A stretch of 64,000 bases of DNA from Fibrobacterales bacterium (GTDB taxonomy: Bacteria; Fibrobacterota; Fibrobacteria; Fibrobacterales; JAOPTW01), in the NCBI GenBank assembly GCA_051532035.1, contig JAOPTW010000027.1:96001-160000 (forward strand). Direction: 5' to 3'. Of this stretch, positions 41,701-49,692 are shown in pieces. The translations under genes were made by a program, and so were the position numbers. The notes beneath the pieces are model-generated. The model saw only the letters and a program-made list of their open reading frames with translations, did not search any database and was not told the DNA's origin. Within the stretch, counting starts at the first letter, position 1; every line of letters starts with the position of its first letter.

Positions 41701-42659
41701 ATCGTTCACTGAAGCTGAACACTCAACTTACCATACCAACAAAAATGCCCCTTCAATTACAAGCACGAACCGAATGGAGTGAAAAGATTGGTTTTGAACG
41801 AGAGAACCCGTGGCAGACCGATACTACTACAACATGGCCTTCCTACTATATCTATGGTACTTTGAAAAACATTGCCCAAAGCTTTGCTCCCCTTAAAAAA
41901 CGATTCTCTTCTATAAACCTTTCATCGGGGTATAAGTATCGTCAAACTGAGTCTATTACCGCACATGCAACTTCTGAAGATGCCGTTGAATCCAAATACT
42001 CATTTGCACCGCTTATAAAAGCAACGCTCACCACCAAAAAGAAAACCACCTTTTCTAATGCCATCAATCTCAGTTGGGGCCAAAAAAATAGTTACAATAA
42101 AATATCCGCCTATGAAATGAATACCGCAATAGAAGACACCAACACTTATTGGAATCAGCGCTATATCCCCTACGTATCCAATGAAAAATTTAGAACGACC
42201 AACTTTGCCTTTAGTAATGATTTTAGAGTGAAATATGAGATTCCAACCAACAAAGGCTTTTATCTCTTTAAATGGTTTTTTAGACTTAAAAATCCTGTCA
42301 TTCTTAACGGAACAATTACCTACTCTTGGAAACGAGAGACCCGAACCACCTTTGACAACAATAGCTACTCGCCATCTGACTCTACCATAGGCACCCCTCA
42401 AATTCTTATTAATAACCTACAGGGAATTGACAACGCCTATTACTACCCGGCTCGTTATAGTGATGGTAGTGTCGAAAATCGCACTCGACACTGGGCCTTT
42501 CTTATCCACCCAAGCATGAGTTATCAGTTTACCACCCGTGTCGCAAGTCTTGCCCATGTTAAGTACAGCTACGAAAACATCTCAACCAACGATACTGGTC
42601 AGCGAAAACAATTATTAGAGTTTTTGATACAAGTGACTATTAAATTCGGAAATAGATAG
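35703..42659 (+). CDS. sprA: Type IX secretion outer-membrane translocon SprA
   Basis: 2318 aa; EDNIIQRIEAGNTSLSL..GLFGIKGEFKFG, IDFGQISED, DTEDI, GEFWINDLRL; terminal beta-strand. Confidence 0.85.
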   Translation: MPVFNVLTVITRILMQLKQFSVIGFKSTLLWLIIGCFFIGTVMGSTSQIEYLKTPERVKPLQNILPKKGILTHPQWGYLKFPAKNLSIDHTVNFEKREMVITASFNNSRNKQKTPLWKSYYRELANYTFEMNDLILKKIWLESLIGQENPSSVGQGDNHFELEIPIKMPQWLKDVGIPKPTIDITGDLNIQLKGVGKKNTRDPLHNSLWPNFDPKFTPNFSVKGSIGKNLSIQINNQEGFQIADQLKIVYQESEPNEFEDNIIQRIEAGNTSLSLEGTRLTGYSENHQGLFGIKGEFKFGDLYLTAIASQEGGSSHKQSLNSEYTDSEFKIQESEFVDGKHFFLSMDDRTEYVTKRVLGQQLSLKTKRNLTIYVSVPRENKSDGRSYYKNLTGYFAHNLQDTKNKYIMKELKKDEFTYDSKTGILSLTRPYRSSRIGAWWEDLSVSDKKLTRPIGGNEGEGSTGVIIFKSTTLIPDLNLLMLRNRYAVGYTGESKNDFQLELIKSSDQSPTNLAALLKDTLGVTLPKENEKDFNGQTGELILPCKVAPPTAQSNSDSLAFYQKACLEPMRHIIPESSANQLYTNSSTLLKKFESYYSFKVKGKRKNTQINLNSGTHSLNSGGCMDIAEGSERLTIKGAGTVLQRGKDYDVLYELGQINLTSDRARDPNTEIEVEYECQPLFQIENKFLLGLRAKYPLESFGNGSLLGATVLYKGQSLKARRPQYDQTPYSSFLWGSNLLLKDSSHIMSKAINVLPFIKTKSPSRWTLEMEIAQSYHNPNTSGDALVEDFEGSSRTIPYSMYRSSWHRASPPLSNDPLNPLDYRYQAREFIWHSNHEKRRGDIFSSIKEKYDQNTRIPILELKIKPINREGKNWGAIMRANSDYASDLSDEYEYIEIVANGSSGQLLIDFGQISEDLSINGYEPNQELNSEQTEGNISPDHDDGLDGLPDELEKRKEWLCYSTCNNSNTITWDAKTNPDPALDNWSEQEYASDPTYQINGTQNNAARTVYDTEDISRDGLLQTTNAFVRYTIDFSDDMVNADNGVQVIEQQGSGQNFWKIYRINLKKYSDVYPMGANLTQILQNAKFTRLTLTGTSSETEVRLARFNIVGSQWETDFLTDIATGDTIKTLQENFTSNGSATTTSFASETEESGGRVFVDVIDNKDDNDIYFPSNNTVTEIEDDDTGAKRREQALIINYSAIEPGQQAFITRKFESQQFDLTNYKSLKMEIHHVDSTLGAFNDPGVRFAIQIGSDPTNKDSYYEWSFRPTPQSCSSDKACHSSNWDDNAFALALNQWPKLKNHPDWSPVIDTSIRYILQDGSYQAADLNYKRQLKILHDAIESSEETTERAEMITLRGNPSISNISWMRIVIMVDDEELSDDPRTVSGEFWINDLRLDGIRDGWGTSARSRIQLEFGDVLTLSTDVTYQNGNFAPLQSNSGSAKKSPAQSSSLMQYNASAQFHLNKFLKDEWKFRIPFMISTSMNVTRPFTQPNSDILLSNDDFLGLSKDFYDHITNQENIYTEDQQDTNYAGPNIGDEEDLRSESQSEGFQTVQLRKQLSVSFAKEYVRHKSLPVELLSQAFLERPTLSYKYVESENFSPTSIDTSYTYSTSAKYKFGQLKASKFRPFSRFKKSKNSWIKSFSKTSFSPWPETFDVTLADFSFNKRLTNNRSVDSPSFTHRETDYGLDLKHSINMRWKMFNFLTASYDLTINRDFNDFHADFAKEALFDSERGGGLFGIGRITSLDTNEHARRFLLKDSLGDYEDITYHDERLSRFNNFDTVLIDPALIDGSDYGILLNEFKRSQNMKLNYSPQFVDFVTTRFILQSQFNHNRNNSNFMDDTTDTYWSLNQTNSFQATATLKLQKLFDFSATKSVSKFLKKMKWSSLRSTWKVNLNTSGEEYTFADLERQGVSAGDYYKYSFGLADGGGWRHPGNIITGDMGKESCEEYSTFANYCNKELFYLQNPSDSSGFRNKDPNQIINKHLLPTPRVGTNKFTQDIDRSLKLNTQLTIPTKMPLQLQARTEWSEKIGFERENPWQTDTTTTWPSYYIYGTLKNIAQSFAPLKKRFSSINLSSGYKYRQTESITAHATSEDAVESKYSFAPLIKATLTTKKKTTFSNAINLSWGQKNSYNKISAYEMNTAIEDTNTYWNQRYIPYVSNEKFRTTNFAFSNDFRVKYEIPTNKGFYLFKWFFRLKNPVILNGTITYSWKRETRTTFDNNSYSPSDSTIGTPQILINNLQGIDNAYYYPARYSDGSVENRTRHWAFLIHPSMSYQFTTRVASLAHVKYSYENISTNDTGQRKQLLEFLIQVTIKFGNR

Positions 42660-42721
42660 CCAAACCTCTTACCCACAAAATTTTGAATATATGCAAAATT
42701 TAATGTACCTTTGACACTGTT

Positions 42722-44614
42722 ATGGACCAAAAGCACTCTCATATCTACGCCTATTTTGACTATGATGACACCCTCGCATCGGGTGACAGCATTCTCTATT
42801 GGCACCGGTTTTATTTTAGAGAGCGAAAAAAACGGTTTTTACTCCGTATTTTTCATATTATCGGCTTTTTACTCTGGTCTATCCGTACTATTAAATCGGG
42901 CACCCTCAAAAGAATCATGCTTGCACCACTCTGTTATGAGACCCCCGAAGAGCGCGCACGACTCGGCGAGAAGTTTGCTCGAGAAGAACTCCCCAAATTC
43001 CTCTACCCCAGTATGCTCGATCGGCTTTGGAGTCATAAGATGTTGGGTCATAAGATCGCAATTCTTTCTGCATCGCCCATGTTTTATCTACAGCACCTCG
43101 ACAAAATTTTGAGTGCTGACCTCATTGTAGGCACCCGCATGGAATTCCCCTCTAAAGGACTCATTCGTATCCCACACTACCGTACTGGTAACTTTAAGGG
43201 GCGAGAGAAGACCAAATTTTTAGAATCACATTCCGAGTTTCCAGAAGGAGGCAAAGGGTGTTTTTCGTATTCAGATCATCATTCTGATCGCTTTTTACTC
43301 CGCCATGCTGAGTTTCCCTTTTGTGTCAATCCCAATGACAAACTTCGTCGTATTGCCCACGAAAACAACTGGCCCATTCTCACTCCGCATCGTCTTAAGT
43401 CGGGAAGAACAAGAACGGCAGCCTCTGCATCCCTACTCCTTCTCCAAAAAGGGTCTCTCGAAAATAAGATCACTATTGGAAGCTCCAAAACAGCTCGTGA
43501 CTTTCATTTACGCAATTGGACCAAATCATTCTTTGAGGTCCTTCAAGACTCGGATTTTGTTATGTGGAGTGCATTTATCCAATCGTCTCTTGCACTGAAA
43601 GGACTCCCAGAGCTCCTCATGAAAGAGCTTGTAGTTACTCACAACAGTAACAACAACACTATTTTATCTCTCTATAACACCAGTGGATCTCATTATGTGC
43701 GCAATCCACTTATATCATTTACCGCACACGCACCCCACAATACCAATTATGTTACTCGAGTTTCAGGCCCACTTTCACAATGGCTTGATACCGAAAGTTA
43801 TAAGCCTCAAAAATTTTGGATCAAAGTACGACACTCCCATATTGAATCTTTTTGGGAACTCGATAAAAAGACAATTCTCTCGAGTGCATCTAAAAACAGT
43901 AGTGAAACACTCAAACACACGGTTAACTTTTGGCTTGAGCAAGCCCAGCATGCCTTTGATAATGATTCGCGTACATACACTGACGGCGCCTGGATTGAAC
44001 GTGTTCAATCTATTGAACAGAGTGGCGCACTCCTTCCCCATGTAAAATTGATTCAAAATAAAGATCAGCTTGAGTTACATCAATTTAGTCCAGAAGGAAT
44101 CCGCTTCCACAAGCTCTGGCAATTTAATTCTGGTCTCTGCTCTGCTATTCCACTCAAAGTTTCAAACCTCTATTTTACCCTCCTTGCAGAAGATATTATT
44201 CTGGATATAGACTGCGGTTTTAATTTGAAACTGATCAATCAACAAGGGGAACCGGCACTCAAAATTATCGATTATGCACAACTTTTTGATGCATCATTTA
44301 GAGCAGGCCCTGCTATACATCAGCTGATAAAGGCCCCAATAACCACCGATGTCAACGAACTTCCTCTTCCCGAAAGTTGGAAACCCCACTTTGAAGCACT
44401 CAATATTGATTATAGCACAGCAATGGCAGATCTTTTTGGTGGGCTCACCGTAGACCTCGGTACTATTAACTTTGGCCAATGGCGATACCGCCGTACTCGT
44501 ATTGGTAAAGAGCAATGGAACAAACTATACCAACTCCCCCCAGAGCTCTTTACCGTAATTAAAAGCCTGTGGAGTATCGAAACACTTTTTTCTCTTCTTA
44601 AACAACGAGGGTGA
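42722..44614 (+). CDS. HAD-IB family hydrolase fused to a C-terminal ABC1/UbiB-like domain
   Basis: FDYDDTL (motif I), LSASP, GREK, YSDHHSD..VNP; about 400 aa extra C-terminal region. Confidence 0.7.
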   Translation: MDQKHSHIYAYFDYDDTLASGDSILYWHRFYFRERKKRFLLRIFHIIGFLLWSIRTIKSGTLKRIMLAPLCYETPEERARLGEKFAREELPKFLYPSMLDRLWSHKMLGHKIAILSASPMFYLQHLDKILSADLIVGTRMEFPSKGLIRIPHYRTGNFKGREKTKFLESHSEFPEGGKGCFSYSDHHSDRFLLRHAEFPFCVNPNDKLRRIAHENNWPILTPHRLKSGRTRTAASASLLLLQKGSLENKITIGSSKTARDFHLRNWTKSFFEVLQDSDFVMWSAFIQSSLALKGLPELLMKELVVTHNSNNNTILSLYNTSGSHYVRNPLISFTAHAPHNTNYVTRVSGPLSQWLDTESYKPQKFWIKVRHSHIESFWELDKKTILSSASKNSSETLKHTVNFWLEQAQHAFDNDSRTYTDGAWIERVQSIEQSGALLPHVKLIQNKDQLELHQFSPEGIRFHKLWQFNSGLCSAIPLKVSNLYFTLLAEDIILDIDCGFNLKLINQQGEPALKIIDYAQLFDASFRAGPAIHQLIKAPITTDVNELPLPESWKPHFEALNIDYSTAMADLFGGLTVDLGTINFGQWRYRRTRIGKEQWNKLYQLPPELFTVIKSLWSIETLFSLLKQRG

Positions 44615-44615
44615 T

Positions 44616-45086
44616 ATGCAGATTAAACATCTCATATTAGAGCTTTTAAAAAAGCACAAATACAACTACTACATCTACGAACCGGTAATATTTGAGAAAC
44701 GTATTAATGAAGAGAAGATCCGTGCTGACCACTTTCAATCTAACTTTGCTTATATTGAAATTTTTTATAGAGACTTGCTCCCTATCGATACGTCCGAAAT
44801 GCGTGTTAAAGCAATATGGGATATTATTTTAGAAGTGTTTTCTTTATCACTTAGAGGTTCTGATATAAAAGGTCACTTAAAAAATGATGAGGGGCTTGGT
44901 GTCATGATGGTTGACTGTGACTCCTATGCTCCTGAGCGCCTCAGAAAACGAATTGTTGAAAAACTATATGAAGCAGACGTTCTCAAATATATTATCAATA
45001 AAGATAATTTTATTAATGCCTATTTTTACACTGCTCGCTCTGAAGATACCGATATTACCCAACAATCTCCGATGCAAAGGATCTAA
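44616..45086 (+). CDS. Hypothetical protein, degenerate GGDEF/nucleotide-cyclase-like fold
   Basis: EEKIRAD....FAYI..LRGSDIKG..LGVMMVD pattern without the GGDEF motif. Confidence 0.45.
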   Translation: MQIKHLILELLKKHKYNYYIYEPVIFEKRINEEKIRADHFQSNFAYIEIFYRDLLPIDTSEMRVKAIWDIILEVFSLSLRGSDIKGHLKNDEGLGVMMVDCDSYAPERLRKRIVEKLYEADVLKYIINKDNFINAYFYTARSEDTDITQQSPMQRI

Positions 45087-46173
45087 TCTCATCCCATCGA
45101 GTCATGGGGTCAAACTGGGTCGTACATCTATAATCTCCGAATATACACGGCCTATTAGCACCTAAACTTTTATAGTTCCAGCACGGTGCACAACTTAAAG
45201 ACTCTTCTCTGATAATCAGGTGTTCGCCTTCGAGCCTCTGTTGATTTACATAAAAAGGACCCGTACGTTTTTCGTCTGTTGGACCAAAAAAAACAATACA
45301 CCGTTTCTCTTCTGCGACACTCATATGCATCAACCCAGAGTCATTACCTATATAAAAAAGACTCTCTGCAATAATTCCACTGAGCTCCCCCAGTGATCTA
45401 CAGTTAATCTCTACAAGTATTGTATCGGCCGTAATACCAACACACTCAGTATCACCAGAAATAATTCTTGTAATTTCATCTGCGACTGCAGAACGAATAT
45501 GAGCTTCTGTAGGGTCTCCAGCCAGATAACATCGTATGGAAAATGCCTTGTACAGGGCAACAGCAGTTGCGGCATAGACCCGTGGATCAAACCTCTTTTT
45601 ATCCATCCCTCGTTCTGCACTTGAGCCTGGGTGACACACATAATATCTATCATGGGGGTTTTCTTTGAGTACAACCTTACCTGGATAGCGAAAACCACGG
45701 TACTCAGTCGAACCGAGAAGCTGTTCTATGAGATTCAAGTTTTGATCGGTATCATGAAACTCAAAGTTACTTGAACAGGTATAGGTCTGAAGCCTCTTTG
45801 GGAGATTGCTATTGGGATAGCTAAAGCCAATGCGATGTGGTGCACCAATAATCCGCGTAAAGAGCGAATACTTCCAATGACCTGTAGGAAAAAGCGATAT
45901 GGTCGCATCATACTTTTTTGCCCGTAGGGCTAGAAGAGAGCTCATACCTTTGAGGAGTGACTCTTTGTCTGGATAAAAAGGAATCACCTCACTAAACAAT
46001 CCTGAATCGTGTCCCATCTCGGCAATACCCGGCTTGAGTGCAAGAAGAGTCAAGCGATCACTTCCGAGCTTCTGTGCAAGATTTTCAATAGCAGGTTGTG
46101 CCATTAAGAAGTTGCCAATACCAATAGGGCAGACAATGAGAATTTTTTTGCAGTCGTGAAGATTTGGTTCCAT
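45055..46173 (-). CDS. Glycosyltransferase family 9 (LPS heptosyltransferase-like)
   Basis: GIGNFLM, HPGSS, IGNDSGLMHM, FFGPT, CAPC..C. Confidence 0.9.
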   Translation of the reverse strand: MEPNLHDCKKILIVCPIGIGNFLMAQPAIENLAQKLGSDRLTLLALKPGIAEMGHDSGLFSEVIPFYPDKESLLKGMSSLLALRAKKYDATISLFPTGHWKYSLFTRIIGAPHRIGFSYPNSNLPKRLQTYTCSSNFEFHDTDQNLNLIEQLLGSTEYRGFRYPGKVVLKENPHDRYYVCHPGSSAERGMDKKRFDPRVYAATAVALYKAFSIRCYLAGDPTEAHIRSAVADEITRIISGDTECVGITADTILVEINCRSLGELSGIIAESLFYIGNDSGLMHMSVAEEKRCIVFFGPTDEKRTGPFYVNQQRLEGEHLIIREESLSCAPCWNYKSLGANRPCIFGDYRCTTQFDPMTRWDEIRSFASEIVG

Positions 46174-46244
46174 GAAATAAAATATAGCAAAGGATTACTT
46201 TTTAGGTGAGATACCCACATGCCACGAACCCCTTACGGTATTCC

Positions 46245-46814
46245 TTATTCTATATCACGTGAAACCAAATACTCCTTATGTATATCCTGAACTAACAAGC
46301 AGAGCTTTTGAACACCCTTTGTCATACTTTTGGCCGAGATTGTTGAACCACTGAGAGCGTCAATATCTGTACCATACTTGAAGGATGACCCTGCGTCTTT
46401 ACCAACAAATGAGTCAAGCCAATCACGCTTTTTAACAGCACGTCCCTTAATCTCTCGATACTTTAAAATTCTATTATGTACCACTGATTGTTCTGAATCA
46501 AACACGACCAAAAAAGTAATGGGCATCTGCTTGCCAAACACATTATCAACAAGTGCATGACCAACTAGCGAGTCCCCTTTATGGATTGACCAATAATAAA
46601 TGAAATTAAAATAGTAGTTTTGATTAACCTGCGTTACCGCTGCTTTTCGCATCTCTCTCGTAACAGGTACTTTTTCGTAGTGAAGTACAGTCTCAGCGCC
46701 ATACAGAGAACGGAGCTCACGCTCTGCACTCTGCTTAAGGTCTTGAGCCCCTGCTACTGCAGAGGCTAATAGAACCATTATCGCTAAACTCATGTATAAG
46801 CGATATCGATTCAT
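46245..46814 (-). CDS. Exported FMN-binding domain protein
   Basis: GKQMPITF..YRE..DIDALSGSTIS (flavinylation-type motif). Confidence 0.8.
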   Translation of the reverse strand: MNRYRLYMSLAIMVLLASAVAGAQDLKQSAERELRSLYGAETVLHYEKVPVTREMRKAAVTQVNQNYYFNFIYYWSIHKGDSLVGHALVDNVFGKQMPITFLVVFDSEQSVVHNRILKYREIKGRAVKKRDWLDSFVGKDAGSSFKYGTDIDALSGSTISAKSMTKGVQKLCLLVQDIHKEYLVSRDIE

Positions 46815-47899
46815 TAGAACATGTACCCTACACCAAGGTCAATAAAGTGAGTGACATCATCATCTGCACCTTTCGTTTGGTAGGTGTAATCAGCTTTAAA
46901 TACCACTTCATCAATAGGTTTAAGAGCAAGACCTGCAGCAATTTTAGTCGTTGCATTTTTCTCTTCTACCGCACTGTCTGTATGTGAAGAAGCCACATTG
47001 AATGCCTCATACCGAGCCCATGGAAGAAGCTTTGCATCTTCGAACCCAATAAGCCCACCAACATTATAGCCAACTTCAGCATAAAAGCCCGATGACCCTT
47101 CAAGTCCTTGATCGGCAAGTGCTTCATACGTTGTAAGAGCCGCTTCAGTTACTGCATAAATGTTATTTGCATCGTATTTTGCATGAACCTCAAGAAGGTT
47201 GATCCCTTCGAAGTTCTGCTCGCCATTATTTGCCATAAGATGATTCCGTGAGAATGATACACCAGCACGTAGCCCCATAAGACCGACATAGTCGACACGT
47301 GCATTAAAGAGAACAGTCTCAAGGCTTGATTTATACCCTTTTTGACGACCACCCCGAACACCACCATCTCCTATTCCTGCAGTATTAAGCCCTTCCATTA
47401 CCACTACTTTATAGTCAATCTTTTCAGCGATAACACCTGTTGCACCAACACCATTGCCAAACCATGTTGTTGGAATAATTCGTTTACTATACTCTGGGCG
47501 CTCAACCGAAACAAACAACGGTGGCTCATGATTTTCATTAATCAAACCAACCGATGGAAGTAGGACACCAAACTGATAGTTTGCTGCATCAGAGTGCTTA
47601 AAGTTTACAATTGCTTGTTCAAGCTCGAGCTCACCATTTCCACCAGATATAAAATTGTGTTCAAGCTCAACTTCTGACTTAAATGACCACTGCTCATTCC
47701 ACTGATATCCATAAAAAAGCACAAAGCGGTGAAAGTCTAGAGTAGGAGCCTTATCATCTTTTTTCTCTACGTTTTTATAATTCATATGGAGTTCACCATA
47801 TCCACCAATAGACGTTTTTGAACCACCACTCACTGCGAATTCATCTTGTCCAAATGCAACTGCTGCCATAAGGGCAACTATGTATACCATTTTTTTCAT
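46814..47899 (-). CDS. Outer-membrane porin-like beta-barrel
   Basis: IGGYGELH..DFHRFVLF..SEVELEH..HEPP..SVERP..IIPTTW; ends LGVGYMF. Confidence 0.8.
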   Translation of the reverse strand: MKKMVYIVALMAAVAFGQDEFAVSGGSKTSIGGYGELHMNYKNVEKKDDKAPTLDFHRFVLFYGYQWNEQWSFKSEVELEHNFISGGNGELELEQAIVNFKHSDAANYQFGVLLPSVGLINENHEPPLFVSVERPEYSKRIIPTTWFGNGVGATGVIAEKIDYKVVVMEGLNTAGIGDGGVRGGRQKGYKSSLETVLFNARVDYVGLMGLRAGVSFSRNHLMANNGEQNFEGINLLEVHAKYDANNIYAVTEAALTTYEALADQGLEGSSGFYAEVGYNVGGLIGFEDAKLLPWARYEAFNVASSHTDSAVEEKNATTKIAAGLALKPIDEVVFKADYTYQTKGADDDVTHFIDLGVGYMF

Positions 47900-47920
47900 A
47901 TTTATATCCTGCTATATTAA

Positions 47921-47939
47921 ATTAAGATTCAGTCTCAAT
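47921..47939. promoter_or_regulatory. Fur-like 9-1-9 box
   Basis: ATTAAGATT-C-AGTCTCAAT (7/9 symmetric), 22 bp upstream of the porin ATG. Confidence 0.5.
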
Positions 47940-48055
47940 CTAAATAATTAATCGAGACAATTCAAGTAAAATATCGCCATGCTATCAAATTGTAATATTT
48001 GAAAAGAGCTATTTCTGTAATTAAAAACAGTATAAGTCCTTATTTAAAGCAAAAT

Positions 48056-48964
48056 TTAGATGTTTTCGCCTACAATTATCAATATGATTCCCGCAAATAA
48101 GCCAATAAGAGCCCCCATCTTTTTTCTTTTATTGAGCTCTTTAAAAAGAACAGCCCCCAATATAAGGGTGACAAAGACACGACTTCTTTTAACCGCAGAA
48201 AGCAACACTATCAGAGCGTCTTCATAAGCAAGCGCTCGGAAATAGACAAAATCAGCAATAATAAGAAGTACTCCAATAAGGGGAATTGACCACCGCCACT
48301 GAAAGCGGGTGCTTTTTTTTCTGAAGGGAACCCACGCACAGAGCGTTACTAACCCCAGTAGTACAACGAGATAAAAAGAGAACCACGCCTGTACCGTTTG
48401 TGGAGGTATGCCACGAGTTTGAATAAGGTATTTATCATAGAGGCCACTACTCGAACCGGCAATGGTGCCCAAAACAACAAAGAGAATCCACCGGTTACGG
48501 CTAAAATTAATGCCCTCCTTCTTACCCAATGCAGAAAATCCAAGAAAAGACCCAATGATCAGCGCTACCCCACACCATTGGAGTGGAGTCGGAGATTCAC
48601 CATATATAAAGAGCGCTCCAAAGAGGGTGATGAACGGGCCTGCTGCTCGAATAGGAGTTACCAGTGAAATGGGCAGATGCTTCAATGCAAAAAAGTTGAG
48701 TGTCCATGCAAGAGAGATAATTGCAGATTTAAGAGCAATAAGCCCATGGACCTGCCACTCAATAATTGGTACGTAGAGCCCATACTGTTGAAGAAGTTCA
48801 GGAAAAAAGTATGACCCCACAAATATTGGTGTCATAGTGATGAGACCAAAGCAGGTACTCAGAAAAAGAACAGGAATAACCGCATTATCACGTACCCCGT
48901 ATTTTTTAGCTATGTCATAGAGACCCAAAAAAAGGGCGGAGAGTAATCCAAGGTAAATCCACAT
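48056..48964 (-). CDS. EamA/DMT family transporter
   Basis: About 10 hydrophobic segments in two EamA halves. Confidence 0.85.
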   Translation of the reverse strand: MWIYLGLLSALFLGLYDIAKKYGVRDNAVIPVLFLSTCFGLITMTPIFVGSYFFPELLQQYGLYVPIIEWQVHGLIALKSAIISLAWTLNFFALKHLPISLVTPIRAAGPFITLFGALFIYGESPTPLQWCGVALIIGSFLGFSALGKKEGINFSRNRWILFVVLGTIAGSSSGLYDKYLIQTRGIPPQTVQAWFSFYLVVLLGLVTLCAWVPFRKKSTRFQWRWSIPLIGVLLIIADFVYFRALAYEDALIVLLSAVKRSRVFVTLILGAVLFKELNKRKKMGALIGLFAGIILIIVGENI

Positions 48965-48998
48965 AGAGATATTGATAGGCTTTTAGCAAAGAGAGCCC

Positions 48999-49604
48999 TT
49001 ACTCAGCTAATTTTATATGATGTATAAAGGTATCAACTTTTGTGACGCCATCCAACTCACCAGCCTTAAGATATTCAACTAATTTGGTCCGCATATTCTC
49101 TTCAGCTTCTACAGTAGATGATCCTACAACTCTAATATTCAGGTCGGGGCAATATTGGTAACATTTATTTTTTGAGACCCACGAAAGAGTCAGTGCTTCA
49201 ACATTTTCAAGCTCAACGTCCACAAAACGAGGTTTCCTAATTTGGTCAGATACCCTCTCTCTAAGCTCTACTGAACTGATAAGTTTTGATATTGACTCAT
49301 TTGCCCCCGCTTTCATCGCTCTATAGGCCAAGTTATTATTCAAGTTAGAACTTTGAAAAAGTATTGGAGTTTCTCTATAGAGCTCTATTGCTCGTACATG
49401 TCTAATAAAATCGATTCCGGTGCCATCAAAAAGGCTATAGTCAACAATAAAGCAACCCACTTGAGGCTTATGAGCAATAAGTTCTAATGCCTCATCAAGT
49501 GAAGCCGCAAAAGTAATTTCAACTTCATCACCCAAAATTTTCTTTAATATTTTTTGAGCTATTTTACTGTCTTCAAGATGAAATATTTTTACGCCATTAG
49601 CCAT
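48999..49604 (-). CDS. Response regulator receiver with C-terminal HicB-like domain
   Basis: HLEDS..FIVDYSL..PILFQSS..GANESISK; tail YCPDLNIRVVGSSTVEAEENM. ATG 49604. Confidence 0.75.
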   Translation of the reverse strand: MANGVKIFHLEDSKIAQKILKKILGDEVEITFAASLDEALELIAHKPQVGCFIVDYSLFDGTGIDFIRHVRAIELYRETPILFQSSNLNNNLAYRAMKAGANESISKLISSVELRERVSDQIRKPRFVDVELENVEALTLSWVSKNKCYQYCPDLNIRVVGSSTVEAEENMRTKLVEYLKAGELDGVTKVDTFIHHIKLAE

Positions 49605-49692
49605 GTCAGACCCCAAATGCAATACGTTGTTAGTATACCACATTTTACAAATTTGACGACACTTTTTTGTGAATCGGCTCCTTACTTTCGGA

